Below, piece by piece: positions 63,060 to 64,000 of a stretch of DNA of 64,000 bases. The position numbers and the translations under genes were made by a program. Numbering within the stretch: the first letter of the stretch is position 1; every line of letters begins with the position of its first letter. The DNA is from the human T2T-CHM13v2.0 reference genome, Homo sapiens, in NCBI RefSeq assembly GCF_009914755.1, contig NC_060932.1; one strand, 5' to 3'. The notes under the pieces were generated by a model. The model worked only from the letters and a program-made list of their open reading frames with translations. It did not search any database and was not told the DNA's origin.

Positions 63060-63770
63060 ACACTCTGGAGTCTGAACACCCAGGTCCGCAAAGCAAGGTT
63101 GGAAAACTTAACGCTAGTAACTTTCCCTCCCTGAGCCTCTCTTTCCTCATGGGCGAGGAAAGCCATACTGGTACCAGCCTTGCAGAATTATTGTGAGGCA
63201 GGAACAGGAGCATCCATGGCAAGCATGGGCATGGCATGATGCTCAACCCCATATTTCATTAAAGATATAATGTCTTCATTGCTATTCCCTAAGACATGTG
63301 TGAGACACAGCCTCCCACTTCCATGATCCCAGTCTATCCTCTGGCATCACAGCTGGGATGAAGCTGGGAGAAGGCATGATGCTTTTGGTGGGACACGTTT
63401 CAGGGATGCCTGCGGGATACAGTATATGATTATACCAAACAGCACACTCAAGATGTAAATGGTAGGCTATGATATGGGTGTGCCCACACGTCTGGGCGAA
63501 AATTATCTTTGAGACTTGTGAAGCAATATAGCATTTTGATTAAGAGGGTAAGCTCTGAAAATCTGCCTGCCTCTGACTGTGTGACCTTGAATAAATCACT
63601 GTCACAGTGTCCCTGTGCTCAAGGTCCTCGGGTATAAATGGGGATAGTAATGACAGTAATTTTCCTCATAGTGCCATTATAAGGATTAAATGATTTGTAA
63701 TATGCAAAGTGCTTATAATGCCTGGCAAGTATTGAGTCTAAATGAGTGCTTTTAATAATAGGTATAATAA
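63060..63770 (+). mobile_element. Two MIR copies (about 63060-63260 and 63525-63770)
   Basis: ctgagcctctctttcctcat and tgtgtgaccttg...aaatggggatagtaat...aggattaaatga cores. Confidence 0.7.
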
Positions 63771-64000
63771 AAACAATGATGATGAAGATGGCTTTATGAA
63801 GGCACCTTGGGCACCCAGCATCACACTTGTCACATGATAATGGAATGACTCCCCTCTTTCTGTCTGTTCACCCAAGTGTCGAGGTCCCTGTGAAGAGGAG
63901 TGAAGTGTCCTTGCTTGCACCTCAGGAATTACAAGAGAGCTGCACATGCTGTGACTGCCAGCAAAGGTCACTGGAAAGTGTGAGCATGACTCTCTCAAAA

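Overview
Primate (very probably human) genomic DNA lying entirely inside one minus-strand protein-coding gene that I recognise as FAM135B. Two coding exons are visible: 52531-52610 (80 nt) and 7403-7542 (140 nt). They splice in frame to (G)[73 protein letters not shown] across a 44,988-bp intron. The rest is intronic and rich in Alu, L1, L2, MIR, ERV/MaLR solo LTRs and DNA-transposon fossils; almost all ORFs in the supplied track are spurious or repeat-derived. The most unusual structure is a cluster of three local inverted duplications (19.7-22.2 kb, 25.4-26.6 kb, 40.4-42.0 kb) that are not simply paired interspersed repeats. Each could fold the pre-mRNA into long dsRNA, and they look like template-switch insertions of different ages. 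Other leads: an in-frame 42-nt candidate cassette exon, a UG-flanked candidate poison exon in one hairpin loop, a sense-oriented MER11 LTR, a short L1 3' transduction and a young AluYd-type insertion. Repeat subfamily names come from my memory of consensus sequences, boundaries of old repeats are approximate, and identities were counted by eye.
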